64,000 bases of DNA from Octopus sinensis. Lineage: Eukaryota. Position numbers and translations under genes: made by a program. Position 1 is the first letter of the stretch. Each line of letters opens with the position of its first letter. The notes below the pieces were generated by a model that saw nothing but the letters and a program-made list of their open reading frames with translations, was not told the origin of the DNA and did not search any database. This document shows, one piece after another, positions 60,838 through 64,000 of this stretch. The stretch spans positions 190,588,001 to 190,652,000 of the forward strand of contig NC_042997.1 of NCBI RefSeq assembly GCF_006345805.1, read 5' to 3'.

Positions 60838-61075
60838 TAGAGGCGCTTGGCTTAGTGGTTAGGGTGTTGAGCTCATGATCCTATGATTGTAGTTTCAATT
60901 CCTGGTAAGGGGCGTTACATCGTGTTCATGAGTAAAGCACTTCCTTTCACGTTGTTCCTGTCCACTCGACTGATGAAAATTAATATTCCTGCGACAGACC
61001 GGCGTCCCCCGTCCAGGGGAAAGGATATATACCCCCACCGAATCCGGGAAACCTGTCTCTAGAACCAATGGATCG
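60838..61075 (+). mobile_element. SINE family 2, tail type c (diverged)
   Basis: Homology to 60506. Confidence 0.75.
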
Positions 61076-61138
61076 GAAAGGACTTCTTTTATGTGTGTGA
61101 GTGCCTGCTGTGTCCGTGTGTGTTTTTGCATTTTTACC

Positions 61139-61363
61139 TATTTCTTTTATTACCCACAAGGGGCTAAACATGGAGGGGACAAACAAGTACAAACAAACGG
61201 ATTAAGTCGATTATATCGACCCCAGAGCGTCACTGGTACTTAATTTATTAACCCCCGAAAGGATGAAAGGCAAAGTTGACCTCGGTGGAATTTGAACTCA
61301 GAACTCAGACAAAATACCGCTAAGCATTTCGCCCGGCGTGCTAACGTTTCTGCCAACTTGCCG
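61139..61363 (-). mobile_element. SINE family 3 with LINE-like tail
   Basis: Homology; tail followed by GGTAA. Confidence 0.88.
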
Positions 61364-61540
61364 TTTGACAACCGGTGTCGTTCCCTTTTCTTCTTCGTAT
61401 TTTAACGCTTCGGCAAAAAGAGACTGATACAATAAGTACCCGATTTTAAAAATAAGTAGTGGGGCTGATCTGATCGATTAATATATCAAAGTGATACCCT
61501 AGCATGACCGCATTTCAATGACTGAAACGAATAAAGAATA
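61364..61540 (+). mobile_element. SINE family 1-like 3' half
   Basis: TTGACAACCGGTG...CGGCAAAAGAGAC...AATAAGTAC...GACTGAAAC. Confidence 0.6.
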
Positions 61541-63259
61541 AACTTGTGGAGTATAAAAAAAGTTGTAACCCTCCTGCAAGAGGATCGCAACATGATCCAC
61601 AAGGATCTGTCGAAAGGAAAATAAAATGACACTAGGCTGAGAATCGAACCATATAATCTGGATATTGCGTCTAGTGTACGATGCCAGCCACACATAAATT
61701 AATCAAAATGATTTTAAATATTACTGAAATTCGGAAATTACCTTTGTTGTTTTATAAATTATACAGAATCCTAAGAGAGATAAAATGGAGAAAAAATACA
61801 TTATTTTAGAGCGAAATAAATGTTTAACGTTTGACCTTTTCTTCTAAGTATTTTTGTATAGAGAAAGCGAAGTGAGCGTTGTTTTACCCTTCCTGCCAAT
61901 ACAAGCGCTGTTTTCTTCCTTGTTGTTGACATATACGATCTCATCCCCTAACCAGATCAATATTCATTGATTCAATTACTGAAAACAACACTTTCTACTA
62001 AACATGTTCATTCTCTTTTATTTTCCCCCCAAAATGTTTTTTTTGTCTGTTTTGCTATTTTTTTGTTATGGTTCTTTCAGAACATCGATTTTCTATGGAA
62101 CTTCTGCCTCTGACACTTTTTATTCACGATAATAATTCCAGGAAGTTTTATGCAAACTGATGAAATGAGTATTATTTTAACTCTATTTTCCAAACAAGGT
62201 TTTAACGTGATAGGAAAGCATTGTTTAATTTAATTTAACTAAACAATGCTTCGCACACAAACTTCCATGCATGTATGCATATATATATATATTTAATCCA
62301 AATATGAACAAAGAGAAAACACAATAATGCGAGGACGTGGAACAAGTATAGTGTTATTAGACGCTCAGGAAATGAAAGAAAGAATGGGGAATTAACGTTT
62401 CGAGCGGAGCTCTTTGTCAGAAAAATAGAAAAAAGGAAAGGTCCAAGGAAGGGAAATCGGAGAAAGAAAATCGCCAACGATACACACGCGGTCACGCACA
62501 CACCACATATATATATTATGCGCATATCTCTCTTAATTTGTGTGTGTGTGTGTTTGATGAGCGGATCAAAGAGTATTCACTATTAGAAAGTAGAGTATGA
62601 ACTATTGTTTAATATGTAAGTGATTGTCAGATTCCCATTTCCATACATTGGATCCCTTGTGAACAGAGTGAATTGTTGTTTAGCCCTAGGTCAGTCGTAA
62701 CTGAGCAGACATATAATCAAAGGCATACTACATCTGAGCATATAGTTCTTTATTAATATCTTGGATTCTATTATCTGATATGTTATTCCATTGTTTAAGA
62801 TAGTAAAGAGTGATTTCTGGGAGATGTGGCAGCAATTACTACACGGAACACGTAAAATCTCTCTTCTTTAATTCACTCATCAAGTTATGGGTATCCTTCT
62901 CTGACAGTATCCAAACACAGAAGATAATCACGTCAACTCGTTGTTAATTATCAATGGATAAGAAAAAGTGAAAGCCATATGCCGTGTGGGGAATAAAAAG
63001 TCTAACGCTTCGCTCTTTTGCTCTTCTGTAAGAGAGCAGTATCTAAAAGTTTTCTTCTTTAGGTTCAGAGTGTTCCATGAGAAAAGGAATTATATAGAGA
63101 GATGATGTCGGGTAATTCATACAAAAGATATAAAGTTGAAAAGCAAATTAGGATGGATGTGATTAGTTAGCGAGCTATACGATACAGGAGGAACTAAAGT
63201 GTTTTAGTAGTGTTTATAACAAACTCACGTTAGATGGTATGAGAGATGTGAGAATGCAA

Positions 63260-63493
63260 AGGGTGGCGAGCTGGCAGAATCGCTAGCACGCCGGGCGAAA
63301 TGCTTAGCAGTATTTCATCTGCCGCTACATTCTGAGTTCAAATTCCGCCAAGGTCCACATTGTCTTTCATCCTTTCGGGGTCGATTAAATAAGTACCAGT
63401 TACGCACTGGGGGTCGATATAATCCACTTAATCCCTTTGTCTGTCCTTGTTTGTCCCTTCCGTGTTTATCCCCTTGTGGGTAGTAAAGAAATA
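63260..63493 (+). mobile_element. SINE family 3 with 16 bp TSD
   Basis: TSD AGATGTGAGAATGCAA at 63244-63259 and 63493-63508. Confidence 0.9.
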
Positions 63494-64000
63494 GATGTGA
63501 GAATGCAAGGAGCGATATGGACTGAAAGACACCGGCAAAATAACATAGACCTTTATACAAAGTGAGAGAAAGAGATGGTAGGGGCAGCTTGCAGAATAAT
63601 GGGATTACTTAGGAATGGTCAAAATGTAAACAATATATAAATTTTAAAATCTCTCAGGAGATATAGAATAAAGCGGTGAATTGACAGAGTCGTTTATCGT
63701 CGCGTAAAATACTTTTATATGCGTAGTATCGGTTCTGCTTGTTTCTAAGTTCAAAATTCCACCGACATCACGTCGATTTTGCTTTGTAACCTTTTGAGTC
63801 CGATATATAAATAACACATCTAGAACAGTGAACTGGTGCAATTACTATAACATCAGAGAGGATGCCTTGCGGTATCTTCACCCCCTTGCGACCTGATGAC
63901 AAAAGTTAAGACGATATAGGTGGTAAACTGTATCGGTATTTTTCTTTTCGTTGGACAACTTTCGGGGACGTAAAAGGAGAGAATTGTATGATTGGATAAC

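Overview
AT-rich, microsatellite-laden eukaryotic DNA. The SINE families and composition are typical of an Octopus genome (my inference). I could not support any host protein-coding gene; most ORF-track entries are translated microsatellites. The window is a transposon mosaic: a near-intact L1/Tx1-clade LINE (54386-59731), an ORF1-only relative (about 17554-19280), a 3' fragment of a third relative in a (GATA)n tract, a Penelope-like element with inverted terminal repeats, decayed CR1, R4/Dong, RTE and ITm/mariner elements, three non-autonomous Helitrons, and dozens of copies of three tRNA-derived SINE families. The most striking system is a LINE-SINE pair. The full LINE sits inside a SINE head with a TSD, one SINE subfamily carries that LINE family's 3' terminus, and this SINE repeatedly inserts at the same (n)GTAT site inside its own copies, building head-to-tail arrays. 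The second highlight is a set of Penelope-associated minimal hammerhead ribozymes showing three different Watson-Crick states of the core 3:8 pair (C-G, U-A, G-C).
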